Shown here: positions 1 through 8,266 of the stretch, one piece after another
Layout of the letters: each line of letters starts with the position of its first letter
How positions within the stretch are numbered: position 1 is the stretch's first letter
Source: Thermodesulfobacteriota bacterium
GTDB taxonomy: Bacteria; Desulfobacterota; RBG-13-43-22
Assembly: GCA_049520575.1 (NCBI GenBank)
Contig: JBEKPQ010000004.1
Coordinates: forward strand, 5,538-69,537
Reading direction: 5' to 3'
Length of the DNA: 64,000 nt
Notes under the pieces: generated by a model
What the model saw: the letters and a program-made list of their open reading frames with translations, nothing else
What the model was told of the DNA's origin: nothing
Database searches by the model: none
Position numbers and translations under genes: made by a program

Positions 1-381
1 CGACCCAATAAGATCAATGAAGATATCGTCGTTCTTCGTGAAAAGATCCCGGAGGCGATCGAGCGTTTTGAGGCCATCGGCCGGCGTTTTGAATTATTGG
101 TCGTCAGTTTCGGTCATGCCGGAGACGGGAACATTCATGTCAACATCATGTTTGATGGGAATAAACCAGGTGAAAAGGAAAAAGCCCAGGAAGCCTTAGC
201 CGAGATTTTTAAAACAGTCCTTGAATTAGGCGGCACCCTTTCCGGAGAACACGGCGTCGGGTTGACCAAGGCCCCATTCCTGTCTCTGGAATTAGATCCG
301 GTTTCTTTAACCCTCATGAAAAAGATTAAAGATCTCTTTGATCCCAATCATATCCTGAATCCGGGGAAAATCTTTCCATAA
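1..381 (+). CDS. FAD-linked oxidase (glycolate oxidase GlcD / D-lactate dehydrogenase-like), C-terminal fragment; the 5' end lies outside the window
   Basis: Frame 1 is open from base 1 and translates to ...VVSFGHAGDGNIHVNIMFDG...GGTLSGEHGVGLTKAPFL...NPGKIFP. This is the conserved C-terminal FAD-oxidase_C motif set. Stop at 379-381. Confidence 0.7.
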   Translation, partial: RPNKINEDIVVLREKIPEAIERFEAIGRRFELLVVSFGHAGDGNIHVNIMFDGNKPGEKEKAQEALAEIFKTVLELGGTLSGEHGVGLTKAPFLSLELDPVSLTLMKKIKDLFDPNHILNPGKIFP

Positions 382-409
382 ATTTTCTTTTTGGTGTCGA
401 TAAGAATAT

Positions 410-438
410 TTGATTAATAATGAAAAATTGGCTATAAT
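410..438 (+). promoter_or_regulatory. Candidate sigma70-type promoter (TTGATT-N17-TATAAT) just upstream of the J-domain ORF
   Basis: ttgatt at 410-415, 17-nt spacer, tataat at 433-438. The ATG at 449 would give a near-leaderless transcript. Sequence match only. Confidence 0.4.
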
Positions 439-448
439 TTTCGCCGCC

Positions 449-1336
449 ATGAAAACAAAAAACCCTTTTGAAATTTTGGGTATCACCCCGGCCATGGTTC
501 GGGCCTTAAAAGGAGAGGAATTGTTTTCTCTGATTAAGGCCTCCTATCGGGCTTTAATGCTCATCTATCATCCGGATCGGTCTCCTTTGCATGACCAGGA
601 TTTAAAAATTCAGAGGACTAAAAAAGTGGCCGAGATCAACTTGGCCTTTGAAAAATTGAATAACGACCGGAATCCGGATTCTCTTGAGCATTATCAGAAT
701 TTATATGCCCGTCGGGTCGGGGAAGGATGGAAAAAAACCATCCGCCAGTTAAATCGGGAGATTCTGGACCTGAATTCCTGTAATGAAAATCTCTCCCGAG
801 GATACCTCAGGCGGTTGTTGGAACCGTGTTTCCCCGACCCTAAGGACCCGGCCGCAGGAACAACCAATCTCTCTCACCTTAAAAATTGGCGATTAGGTCT
901 TCAGGATATAGCCATCAATCACAATGTGCGTTCTTTGACCTGGGCCTTAGGGACCAACTATAAAGAAATTAAATTCGATTCTGAAGGCCGGATGTTTTAT
1001 AAACTCCCTTGCCGAAAACGATTTATTCAGGTCAATTTCATCAAACTTCTGGGAACAGTGGATAAGGATAAAGTGGATCTGATTCCCTTACTGGATAGGG
1101 TGATCTCCAAAGATCAGGCGGTTCAACAAGAAAAATGGAATAAAGGGTGCCTTGAAGACCTTAAATGTTTTGATGTACTGAACAGCCTGTCCATCGACAA
1201 ATTCCGCCGGCATTGTCTCCCTTTTTTAAAGCCGGACATAACCGAAGGGGCTTTTCTGTTTTCTTTTCACCGCAACACCTCCCAGAGGGATCGAATAAAC
1301 CTGGAAGGGCTTATTATACGAACGCATTCCGCGTAA
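449..1336 (+). CDS. J-domain (DnaJ-like) protein with an uncharacterised ~220-aa C-terminal region
   Basis: N-terminus reads NPFEILGI...IKASYRALMLIYHPDR...INLAFEKL, giving the HPD tripeptide and helix II/III signature of a J domain. The rest has no motif I recognise. The longer ORF starts at 410, but the ATG at 449 fits a J-domain start. Confidence 0.6.
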   Translation: MKTKNPFEILGITPAMVRALKGEELFSLIKASYRALMLIYHPDRSPLHDQDLKIQRTKKVAEINLAFEKLNNDRNPDSLEHYQNLYARRVGEGWKKTIRQLNREILDLNSCNENLSRGYLRRLLEPCFPDPKDPAAGTTNLSHLKNWRLGLQDIAINHNVRSLTWALGTNYKEIKFDSEGRMFYKLPCRKRFIQVNFIKLLGTVDKDKVDLIPLLDRVISKDQAVQQEKWNKGCLEDLKCFDVLNSLSIDKFRRHCLPFLKPDITEGAFLFSFHRNTSQRDRINLEGLIIRTHSA

Positions 1337-1343
1337 GAAAGAA

Positions 1344-2348
1344 ATGGGGAAATTCTTCGGCGAATTCATGGAGCCTTTTTATCTAAAAACATGGTCCTCC
1401 GGAGAACTCCGGAAAAAAATCCAAACAGCCTGGGATCTTCTGCCTTCCTGTTCCCTCTGCCCTCGGAACTGTCGGGTAAACCGGCTTAATGGAGAGAAAG
1501 GCATTTGCAGACAAGGGTCAAAGGCAAAAGTGGCCGGAGCCTTACCCCATTTTGGAGAGGAACCCCCTCTTTCCGGGAGTCTTGGGTCCGGGACGGTCTT
1601 TTTTTCCGGTTGCGCCCTGAAATGTTTGTACTGTCAGAATTTCCAGATCAGTCAGGAGGGAATCGGAGAAGAACTGGTCCCGGAAGAACTGGCCGGCATT
1701 TTTCTAGATTTACAAAATCAAGGTTGTCACAATCTCAATCTGGTTTCTCCCACGCCTCATCTGCCTTTTATTCTTTCTGCTCTGGAGATGGCTATTTCTC
1801 AAAGGTTTCATTTGCCGATTATTTATAACACTCACGGGTATCTTTCAGCGACGACCTTGAACTTATTGGAAGGGATCGTGGATATCTATTTGCCCGATAT
1901 GAAATATGGAGAGAAAAAAACGGGAGCCCGTTTGTCTCAGGTAGAAGATTATCCCCTTTATAACCAGGCCGCCGTCAAGCAGATGTTCCGGCAGGTTGGG
2001 CCGTTGAAGATCAATGAACAGGGTCTTGGCTATCGGGGTCTTTTGGTGCGGCATTTGATCCTGCCTGAAAATATTGCCAACAGTCTGCGAATGATTAGGA
2101 CACTGGCCTCGATTTCTCTTGAGATCCCGATCAGCCTAATGGCCCAGTATCGCCCTTGTTTTAAAGCCTATCAGGTACCTGAAATCAACAGGCCATTACG
2201 TCCGGGCGAATATAAGGAAGTTGTAGCCTTTACCAGACAGTTGAGATTAGAAGAGATCTTTATCCAGGAGTTGGAAAGCGCTGAGGTTTACCTACCGGAT
2301 TTTACCCTGAAGGCTCCCTTTGAAAAAAGACTTCTCGATCCCTCATAA
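1344..2348 (+). CDS. Radical SAM protein, PflX/COG1313-like (putative PFL-activating-enzyme-related)
   Basis: CxxxCxxC radical-SAM motif (SGCALKCLYCQN), plus an N-terminal Cys cluster CSLCPRNC...C. Length 334 aa. Lies 8 bp after the J-domain gene. Confidence 0.65.
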   Translation: MGKFFGEFMEPFYLKTWSSGELRKKIQTAWDLLPSCSLCPRNCRVNRLNGEKGICRQGSKAKVAGALPHFGEEPPLSGSLGSGTVFFSGCALKCLYCQNFQISQEGIGEELVPEELAGIFLDLQNQGCHNLNLVSPTPHLPFILSALEMAISQRFHLPIIYNTHGYLSATTLNLLEGIVDIYLPDMKYGEKKTGARLSQVEDYPLYNQAAVKQMFRQVGPLKINEQGLGYRGLLVRHLILPENIANSLRMIRTLASISLEIPISLMAQYRPCFKAYQVPEINRPLRPGEYKEVVAFTRQLRLEEIFIQELESAEVYLPDFTLKAPFEKRLLDPS

Positions 2349-2572
2349 TTCGAATTTTACTTTCATTAAAATTGTCAAAATGGAAGGATTTGTAAAAAGT
2401 CATTATATCGACGGCACAGTAAAAAGCTCTCCCGCTAAAGGCGGGACTGTTGGACTTTTTACGAAGCCGTCAAAATGGAAGGTGGGCAAGAAAAGATAAT
2501 GGGTTGACAGGTTAAAAATTCCAGGTAAAATTGTACCCCATAAAGCCGTTAATCTAAACAGGGAGGTATGTT

Positions 2573-3031
2573 ATGGCATCCATCAAAAAAATCGCTTTCT
2601 GTACGGATTTTTCCGATAATGCAGATCAGGCCTTTGACCTGGCTTTTGACTTGACCCAGAAATATCAAGCCCAGTTATTGCTGGTTCATGTGGTTCCGCC
2701 CCTGGTCTTTCCGTCCCCGGTGATGGAGGATTTTATTTCGGAGCAAGCCAATCTTAAATTTTCAGAGGATGCCGCCAAACGGGCTATGGAGCAAATGGGG
2801 GAAAACTATATTAAAAAAATGGGCGATCACCCGAATACCTTTGTCCGCGTCCTTTCCGGACATCCGGCCAGTGAGATTTTGAATTTCATCAGTGAGGAAA
2901 AAGTGGATCTGGTGGTCATGGGCACTCATGGTTTAACCGGGATAGCTCACTTCTTCTTGGGTAGTACTGCCGAAAAAGTGGTCCGCCGGGCCGACTGTTC
3001 GGTGTTGACGGTACACCAGGCCAAAAAATAA
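2573..3031 (+). CDS. Universal stress protein (UspA family)
   Basis: Motifs ...LLLVHVV... and VVMGTHGLTGIAHFFLGSTAEKVVRRADCSVL. Typical Usp ATP-binding C-terminus. 152 aa. Confidence 0.75.
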   Translation: MASIKKIAFCTDFSDNADQAFDLAFDLTQKYQAQLLLVHVVPPLVFPSPVMEDFISEQANLKFSEDAAKRAMEQMGENYIKKMGDHPNTFVRVLSGHPASEILNFISEEKVDLVVMGTHGLTGIAHFFLGSTAEKVVRRADCSVLTVHQAKK

Positions 3032-3115
3032 AAAAGGTTCTTAGTTAGACTATACAATCTTCGAATTTAACCCTAACTTTTTATCATCTTGGGTTCAACA
3101 GGTCTTACGGAGTGT

Positions 3116-3246
3116 TACTGGCTACTGGATGCTAGATACTTGATTGTATACTGCATACTACCAAGCTAAGAAATAATATTTTATCAATATCCAGCATCAA
3201 GGATCAAGTATCCAGTATCGGCAGTTTGATCCAGTATCCAGCATCT
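3116..3246. repeat. Heptamer tandem-repeat array forming an imperfect inverted pair (ctggatg... / ...tatccag units)
   Basis: 5' arm at 3116-3160 (ctggcta ctggatg ctagata cttgatt). 3' arm at 3187-3246 (tatccag catcaag gatcaag tatccag ... tccagta tccagca). The arms are partially reverse-complementary. The same motif family is found at 14633-14715 and 51263-51280. Confidence 0.5.
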
Positions 3247-3329
3247 TTCGATAGAACTTCATCTACCCTTTGAATTTGACGGATCAGATCGAAGGGAAGA
3301 AATACCAATATCTTTGTTTAAGTTTCAGG

Positions 3330-3887
3330 ATGCCCATGGATAAATTTTTATTGAATCAGCAAGAACTGGTCTTGGTGATCATCGACATTCAGGACAAGCT
3401 GGCTGCGGTCATGAAGCACAAAGATCAGGTGGTCAACAACTGCCTCCATTTGGTTGAACTGGCCAGGCTCCTTCAAATCCCAATTCTTCTGACCGAACAA
3501 TACTCCAAAGGGCTGGGGCCGACTGTTCCGGAAATCAAGGAAGCCCTTCCTGAATATGCCCCTTTTGGAAAGACGGCCTTCAATGGTTGTCAGGAAGCAG
3601 GATTTCTGGAAAAGGTCGCATCCACGGGCAGAAAAAAATTGCTTCTGACCGGTATGGAAACGCACGTTTGTGTCTTGCAGACCAGCCTGGGACTGATGGA
3701 ACAGGGCTATTCGGTCCAGGTGGTCCAGGATGCGGTTTGTTCAAGGACCAAAAACAATTTCAGGTCCGGTCTTGAATTTATGAGGGATGCCGGCACAGTC
3801 ATCACCAATACCGAGACGGTTTTGTTTCAAATCCTGGAACGGGCTGGGACCGAGGCCTTTAAGCTGATTTCCCAACGGATAAAATAA
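3330..3887 (+). CDS. Isochorismatase-family cysteine hydrolase
   Basis: LVLVIIDIQDK...LLTEQY...KTAFNG...LLLTGMETHVCVLQT matches the isochorismatase-like fold motifs. The ORF opens at 3270, but the ATG at 3330 sits after 'agga'. Confidence 0.7.
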   Translation: MPMDKFLLNQQELVLVIIDIQDKLAAVMKHKDQVVNNCLHLVELARLLQIPILLTEQYSKGLGPTVPEIKEALPEYAPFGKTAFNGCQEAGFLEKVASTGRKKLLLTGMETHVCVLQTSLGLMEQGYSVQVVQDAVCSRTKNNFRSGLEFMRDAGTVITNTETVLFQILERAGTEAFKLISQRIK

Positions 3888-3940
3888 AGCCAAGGCAACG
3901 GTAGTAAATAGCGTCCGTATTATCTGTTACCGGTGCATAG

Positions 3941-6367
3941 TTACATAATTATATCTTTGGCACGCAGGTCAGCAATCTCTTCGTTGCTTAAGCCGAGGAG
4001 TTCTTGAAGCACATATTGATTATGCTCGCCCAACAAAGGGGCATGGCCGAAGGGCAATTCGGTGTCGCTGATCTTCCAGGGCAGTCCGGCCAACAATAGT
4101 TCCCCCAGTTCGGGATGTTGAACCATGATAAAAAAATTCCGGGCCTGCAAGTGGCGGTCGGCATAGATATCTTCAGCGTCCCGTGAGGGTGCGGCAGCCA
4201 GTCCGGCCTTTAAAAATTCTTCGACCATCCAGTCCCGGTCTCTTTGACGGGTCCATCCTCCGATGATGTGATCCAGTTCCTTTTCATTTTTCTTTCGGGA
4301 GCCCCGCTCCTTGAACCGCGTGTCGTCGGCCAATTCGGGTTGGTTCATAACCCGGGTCAGGGCCTGAAATTCTTCATCCGTATGGATTTCCAAAGCCAGC
4401 CAGCGGTCCACCCCCCAGCACTTGTACATATTGTGCGGCGCATATTCAGGATGGGCATTGCCCTGCCGTTCGGGAATTATGCCGGTCATCAGGTAACCGA
4501 GCAATTGCTCCCCAATCAAACAGGTCGAGCCTTCGCATTGGGAATAATCGATAAACTGCCCTTCTCCCGTCTTGATGCGGTGATGGAGCGCGGCTAAAGT
4601 GACAAAGGCGGTGGTCACGGCATTGGTGATGTCCGTATGGCCGATAGAACCATGGGTGGGATGATCTTCAGGATAACCCGAAATGTAAGCAACTCCTCCA
4701 ACACTTTGGTGAATCGTGGCAAAGCCGAGATAGTTCGTTTCCGGTCCGCCATGACCCCGGCCGGAAGAGGAAACAACAACCAGATCCGGTTTGATCTTGA
4801 TCAGATCTTGGTAACCCAGACCCATTTTGGTCATGGCATCGGGCCGCATGTTGTCGATGACGATATCGCTCATGGCGGCCAGCCTCTTGGCCAGTTTGAT
4901 GCCTTCCGGCTTGCTCAGGTCGAGGGAAACGCTCTTCTTGTCCCGGTTGACGGAATTGTAGCTCAATCCCTGGTTGGGCGGTACCTGGTGGGACTCCGGT
5001 TCCCACCGCGGCCACATGACGGCGCGACGAATAATATCCGTTCTTTTGTGTCCCTCCACTTTGATCACTTCGGCCCCGAGATTGGCCAGCATCATGGTGG
5101 AGTAGGGGCCTGCCCAGACCCAGGAAAAATCAAGGATCCGTATGCCCTGCAGCGGAAATTTGAGGTCTTGATATTCCTTGGTGGGATGGGCATCTCCCTT
5201 GGAATCCCGGTCGATAATTTCTAGGCGTATCTCTTCATTGTGCTGTCCCAGGAGAGGTGCCGGTCTGGATATCTCCGGCTTCGATGCGGACATGCGGTAA
5301 GGCCAACCGGCATACTTATATTTGCCGGCAACAGGGTGTTCAACCTCAGTGAAGTAACCCCGCACCTTATACTGTTCACTGTTCATGACGTCCTCGGCCG
5401 AGTTGATTGGTCCGACCGGGATGCCCGCTTTGGCCAACTTATGGTAAATTTCATTTTTCTTTTGCTGTTTCATCCAGGCATCCAACTTGGGGGCGATGTC
5501 CATCAGATGGTTGGCCCGAAAGACTCGATCATCCCAGCGATCGTCGGCCAGCCAGTCCGGTTTGCCCATCAGTTCCCGAAGGGCGCGGAAGTGGTGATCA
5601 TCATTGGCCCCCAGGGTAATATAGCCGTCGCTGGTTTCCATCCTGCCCATGGCTGGCGGCCTGTCCGGGACCCGGCTCCAGTTAAAACCGTCGTATCGGT
5701 GGTTGTGCAGGGTTCCGGGAAGCAGGTTGATGACGCATTCCTGAAGAGAAATATCCAGCAGGTGTCCTTTACCGGTCTTCATTCTGCCTAACATCAAGGC
5801 CATGATGCCCACGGCGGCGTTCAGGGCACCATGATAGCCCACCTGGTAGCCTCCGAACTTGACCGGGGGGAAAGACAGGTCAAAGGATCGGGCCGGTATC
5901 AGATTGCCTTCACCGGCGGCTTGTATGAGGGTAAGCTCATCCCCCTTGGCCTTGGCCCGGGGTCCGGTCCGACCATAAGGGGTGATGGAAGCATAGATAA
6001 GCCCCGGATTCATCCGTTGCAGAACATCCCAACTGAGGCCCAAATTTTCGAAAAAATCCACAGGCTGATTATCAATAAAAACATCGGCCCAGAGGAGGAG
6101 TTTTTTAAAGGCCTCCAGCCCTTCCGGCTTTTCAACATCCAGGGTTATCCCGCGTTTGCTGGTATTGGCGTAAAGGAAAAGGGCGCTTTTTTCCGGGTGT
6201 ATCCCGTCTTTCGGAAAAGGCCCGCAGCGGCGTGATGGATCGCCTTCCGTCGGTTCCACTTTGATAACGTCGGCCCCCAGGTCGGCCAACAACTTACCGC
6301 AATAGGGACCGGAGACCATCGTCCCATACTCCACTACTTTTATACCTTCTAGTGCTCTTCTTGACAT
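3941..6367 (-). CDS. Tandem-fused CoA-transferase family III (CaiB/BaiF/Frc-like) protein, two complete domains in one ~810-aa polypeptide
   Basis: Two copies of the family-III N-terminal motif: GIKVVEYGTMVSGPYCGKLLADLGADVIKVEP near the N-terminus, and GIRILDFSWVWAGPYSTMMLANLGAEVIKVEG around residue 410. The ORF opens at 6382, but the second ATG (6367) has an AGGAGG 6 nt upstream. Confidence 0.7.
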   Translation of the reverse strand: MSRRALEGIKVVEYGTMVSGPYCGKLLADLGADVIKVEPTEGDPSRRCGPFPKDGIHPEKSALFLYANTSKRGITLDVEKPEGLEAFKKLLLWADVFIDNQPVDFFENLGLSWDVLQRMNPGLIYASITPYGRTGPRAKAKGDELTLIQAAGEGNLIPARSFDLSFPPVKFGGYQVGYHGALNAAVGIMALMLGRMKTGKGHLLDISLQECVINLLPGTLHNHRYDGFNWSRVPDRPPAMGRMETSDGYITLGANDDHHFRALRELMGKPDWLADDRWDDRVFRANHLMDIAPKLDAWMKQQKKNEIYHKLAKAGIPVGPINSAEDVMNSEQYKVRGYFTEVEHPVAGKYKYAGWPYRMSASKPEISRPAPLLGQHNEEIRLEIIDRDSKGDAHPTKEYQDLKFPLQGIRILDFSWVWAGPYSTMMLANLGAEVIKVEGHKRTDIIRRAVMWPRWEPESHQVPPNQGLSYNSVNRDKKSVSLDLSKPEGIKLAKRLAAMSDIVIDNMRPDAMTKMGLGYQDLIKIKPDLVVVSSSGRGHGGPETNYLGFATIHQSVGGVAYISGYPEDHPTHGSIGHTDITNAVTTAFVTLAALHHRIKTGEGQFIDYSQCEGSTCLIGEQLLGYLMTGIIPERQGNAHPEYAPHNMYKCWGVDRWLALEIHTDEEFQALTRVMNQPELADDTRFKERGSRKKNEKELDHIIGGWTRQRDRDWMVEEFLKAGLAAAPSRDAEDIYADRHLQARNFFIMVQHPELGELLLAGLPWKISDTELPFGHAPLLGEHNQYVLQELLGLSNEEIADLRAKDIIM

Positions 6368-6382
6368 ATTCCTCCTGTTCAT

Positions 6383-6539
6383 TAACAGGTTGCTGAAAAA
6401 GGCCCATCTACGGCGTTGCCATCATCCCTCGTCATTGCAGCGTACTTCTATGTACGCCTCATTCCTCGGAATTTCTGGTGCCTTATATCTGAACCTTTTT
6501 GAGCAACCTGTAATAAAGAGTTTTTCCGTTTCCTGTTAA
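6383..6539 (+). mobile_element. MITE/REP-like dispersed repeat, copy 1 (~157 bp, terminal inverted repeats ttaacaggttgctgaaaaagg ... cctttttgagcaacctgt ... cctgttaa)
   Basis: Near-identical to 10340-10497. Inner TIR caggttgctgaaaaagg pairs with the reverse complement of caggttgctcaaaaagg. Conserved core gtacgcctcattcctcgg. No ORF inside. Confidence 0.6.
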
Positions 6540-6819
6540 TCCTTAGGCATTTTCAAAGGTCATTTCGATGTATGGGGTTGGCTTTACCTCGAAGGCCCAT
6601 TTAGCAGACTTAAATGACATTAGCATTAAATGATAAAAAAGGCAAACGATAATTGAAATTTAGGCGATAGGTTTGGTCCGATTCCACGGCCTATGTTAGG
6701 TTGCATTGTGCCAAGGGTGTCTGGGCGAGATTATTTCGACCTTACTCTTTAAAGCGGAAAATGGTTTTATAAAGTTTAATTATTGAGAACGTCCTCTTTT
6801 AATCATTGAAGTTAACGTA

Positions 6820-7503
6820 TCACTCCCTGGCTCCCCAAATAGCCGTGCCTACCCGTATAATTGTGGCTCCCTCCTCAATGGCCACCTCAAAGTCAGAAGA
6901 CATTCCCATGGAAAGATGGGTTAAATCAATTTCAGGAAATTGTTGTTGCCACTTTTCCCGGTGACGAAACAGCGAGCGATACCAGGGACGGGATTTTTCC
7001 GGATCAGGATCATAAGGCGGGATGGTCATCAAACCCCGAAGGCGCAAGGCCGGCCAGGCCACGCTTTCTTTTAATAAGTTAGGGACCAGTTCGGGAGTTA
7101 TACCGGACTTGCTGGATTCTTCGGCCTCATTCACCTGAATGAGTACCTCGATGGTTTTCCCGGCCTGAAGGGCCTGACGATTTAATTCCTGGGCTAAATT
7201 TTGACTGTCCAGGGTTTCAATCATGGAAAACAATTTCAAGGCCAGTTTGGCTTTATTGGACTGCAAATGACCGATAAAATGCCAGGTCCCTTGATTGAGA
7301 TATTCAATTTTTCTCTGAGCCTCCTGGATATAATTCTCTCCAAAATGGGTTAAGCCTTCCTGAATCGATGCTTGAATCCGTTCAACGGGAACGGTCTTGG
7401 TTACGGCGATCAGCAAAACGTCGTTCCGGTTTCTTTCCGCCCGAAGACAAGCCGACTTTATTCTTGCTTCAACCACTGCTATTGAATGAGCTATAGTGCT
7501 CAT
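6820..7503 (-). CDS. yggS: YggS-family pyridoxal-phosphate homeostasis protein (PLPHP)
   Basis: LIAVTKTVPVERI...HFGENYIQE...WHFIGHLQSNK...SMGMSSDFEVAIEEGATIIRVGTAIWG. The alanine-racemase N-domain fold of YggS. 227 aa. Confidence 0.8.
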   Translation of the reverse strand: MSTIAHSIAVVEARIKSACLRAERNRNDVLLIAVTKTVPVERIQASIQEGLTHFGENYIQEAQRKIEYLNQGTWHFIGHLQSNKAKLALKLFSMIETLDSQNLAQELNRQALQAGKTIEVLIQVNEAEESSKSGITPELVPNLLKESVAWPALRLRGLMTIPPYDPDPEKSRPWYRSLFRHREKWQQQFPEIDLTHLSMGMSSDFEVAIEEGATIIRVGTAIWGARE

Positions 7504-7625
7504 TTATTTTTTCTCCATTATTTTAATTGCGCATAGCTTAAAGTTGAAAGCCGATAGCTCATGGCTGATAGGAAGAATTGGTCATCATGAACCCAAACAT
7601 TAAACGTTGAACCTTGAACGGTTTT

Positions 7626-8213
7626 TCAGCCAAGCTTAAAACCCGCATATTTGATTAAGGCTTCCAAAACCTCCATTACCGGAAGGCCCACGACATTGGT
7701 ATAAGAACCTCGAATTTTCTTGACACAGAAAGCCCCCTTGCCCTGGATCGCATAAGCACCGGCCTTGTCTAAGGGTTCTCCGGTTTGGACATACCAGTCG
7801 ATCTCTTTGACTGATAAGGATTTGAAACTTACCCTGGTAGTAGAACTTTGGATGATGTTCTGATTCATCTCTCGGTTTCTTAGGCAGAAACTGGTAATCA
7901 CCTGGTGAGTTTTCCCGCTTAGGGTCTGGAGAAACCTTTTTGCTTCTCGGGAATTTTTAGGTTTACCCAATATTTTTTCTCCCAAATGGACCACGGTGTC
8001 GGCCCCTAAAACCCATTGTTTGGGAAAGACGGCGGAAACCATCTCGGTTTTTCTTCGGGCCATCCGTTTTGAAAATGACAGCGGTGATTCATTGGGTTCA
8101 GGTTCTTCCGGAATCTTGGTTGAAACGATTTTAAGACCAAGATCCAAATCCGCAAGTAAGGCCTTTTTTCTGGGTGAACCAGAGGCCAGGATAAGTAAGA
8201 AAGGAGATTCCAT
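7626..8213 (-). CDS. maf: Maf-like nucleoside triphosphate pyrophosphatase
   Basis: LILASGSPRKKALL...GADTVV...GAYAIQGKGAFCVKKIRGSYTNVVGLP. Maf signature. 195 aa. Confidence 0.8.
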   Translation of the reverse strand: MESPFLLILASGSPRKKALLADLDLGLKIVSTKIPEEPEPNESPLSFSKRMARRKTEMVSAVFPKQWVLGADTVVHLGEKILGKPKNSREAKRFLQTLSGKTHQVITSFCLRNREMNQNIIQSSTTRVSFKSLSVKEIDWYVQTGEPLDKAGAYAIQGKGAFCVKKIRGSYTNVVGLPVMEVLEALIKYAGFKLG

Positions 8214-8266
8214 TGCAATTCCTATCCCATAGTTTGTCGTTGATTGTTCAGGATCATTATACTATT

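Noticed and set aside
1505-1828. 107-aa + ORF overlapping the radical-SAM gene in another frame
   Set aside because: Arg/Ser-rich alternative frame of a gene with clear radical-SAM motifs. Spurious.
4244-6235. Several 100-195-aa ORFs on the + strand (4244-4597, 4637-5224, 5240-5791, 5831-6235) inside the CoA-transferase gene
   Set aside because: They are antisense to a long, motif-rich coding sequence. Their composition is Arg/Gly/Pro-biased, typical of GC-rich antisense frames. No RBS or domain signal.
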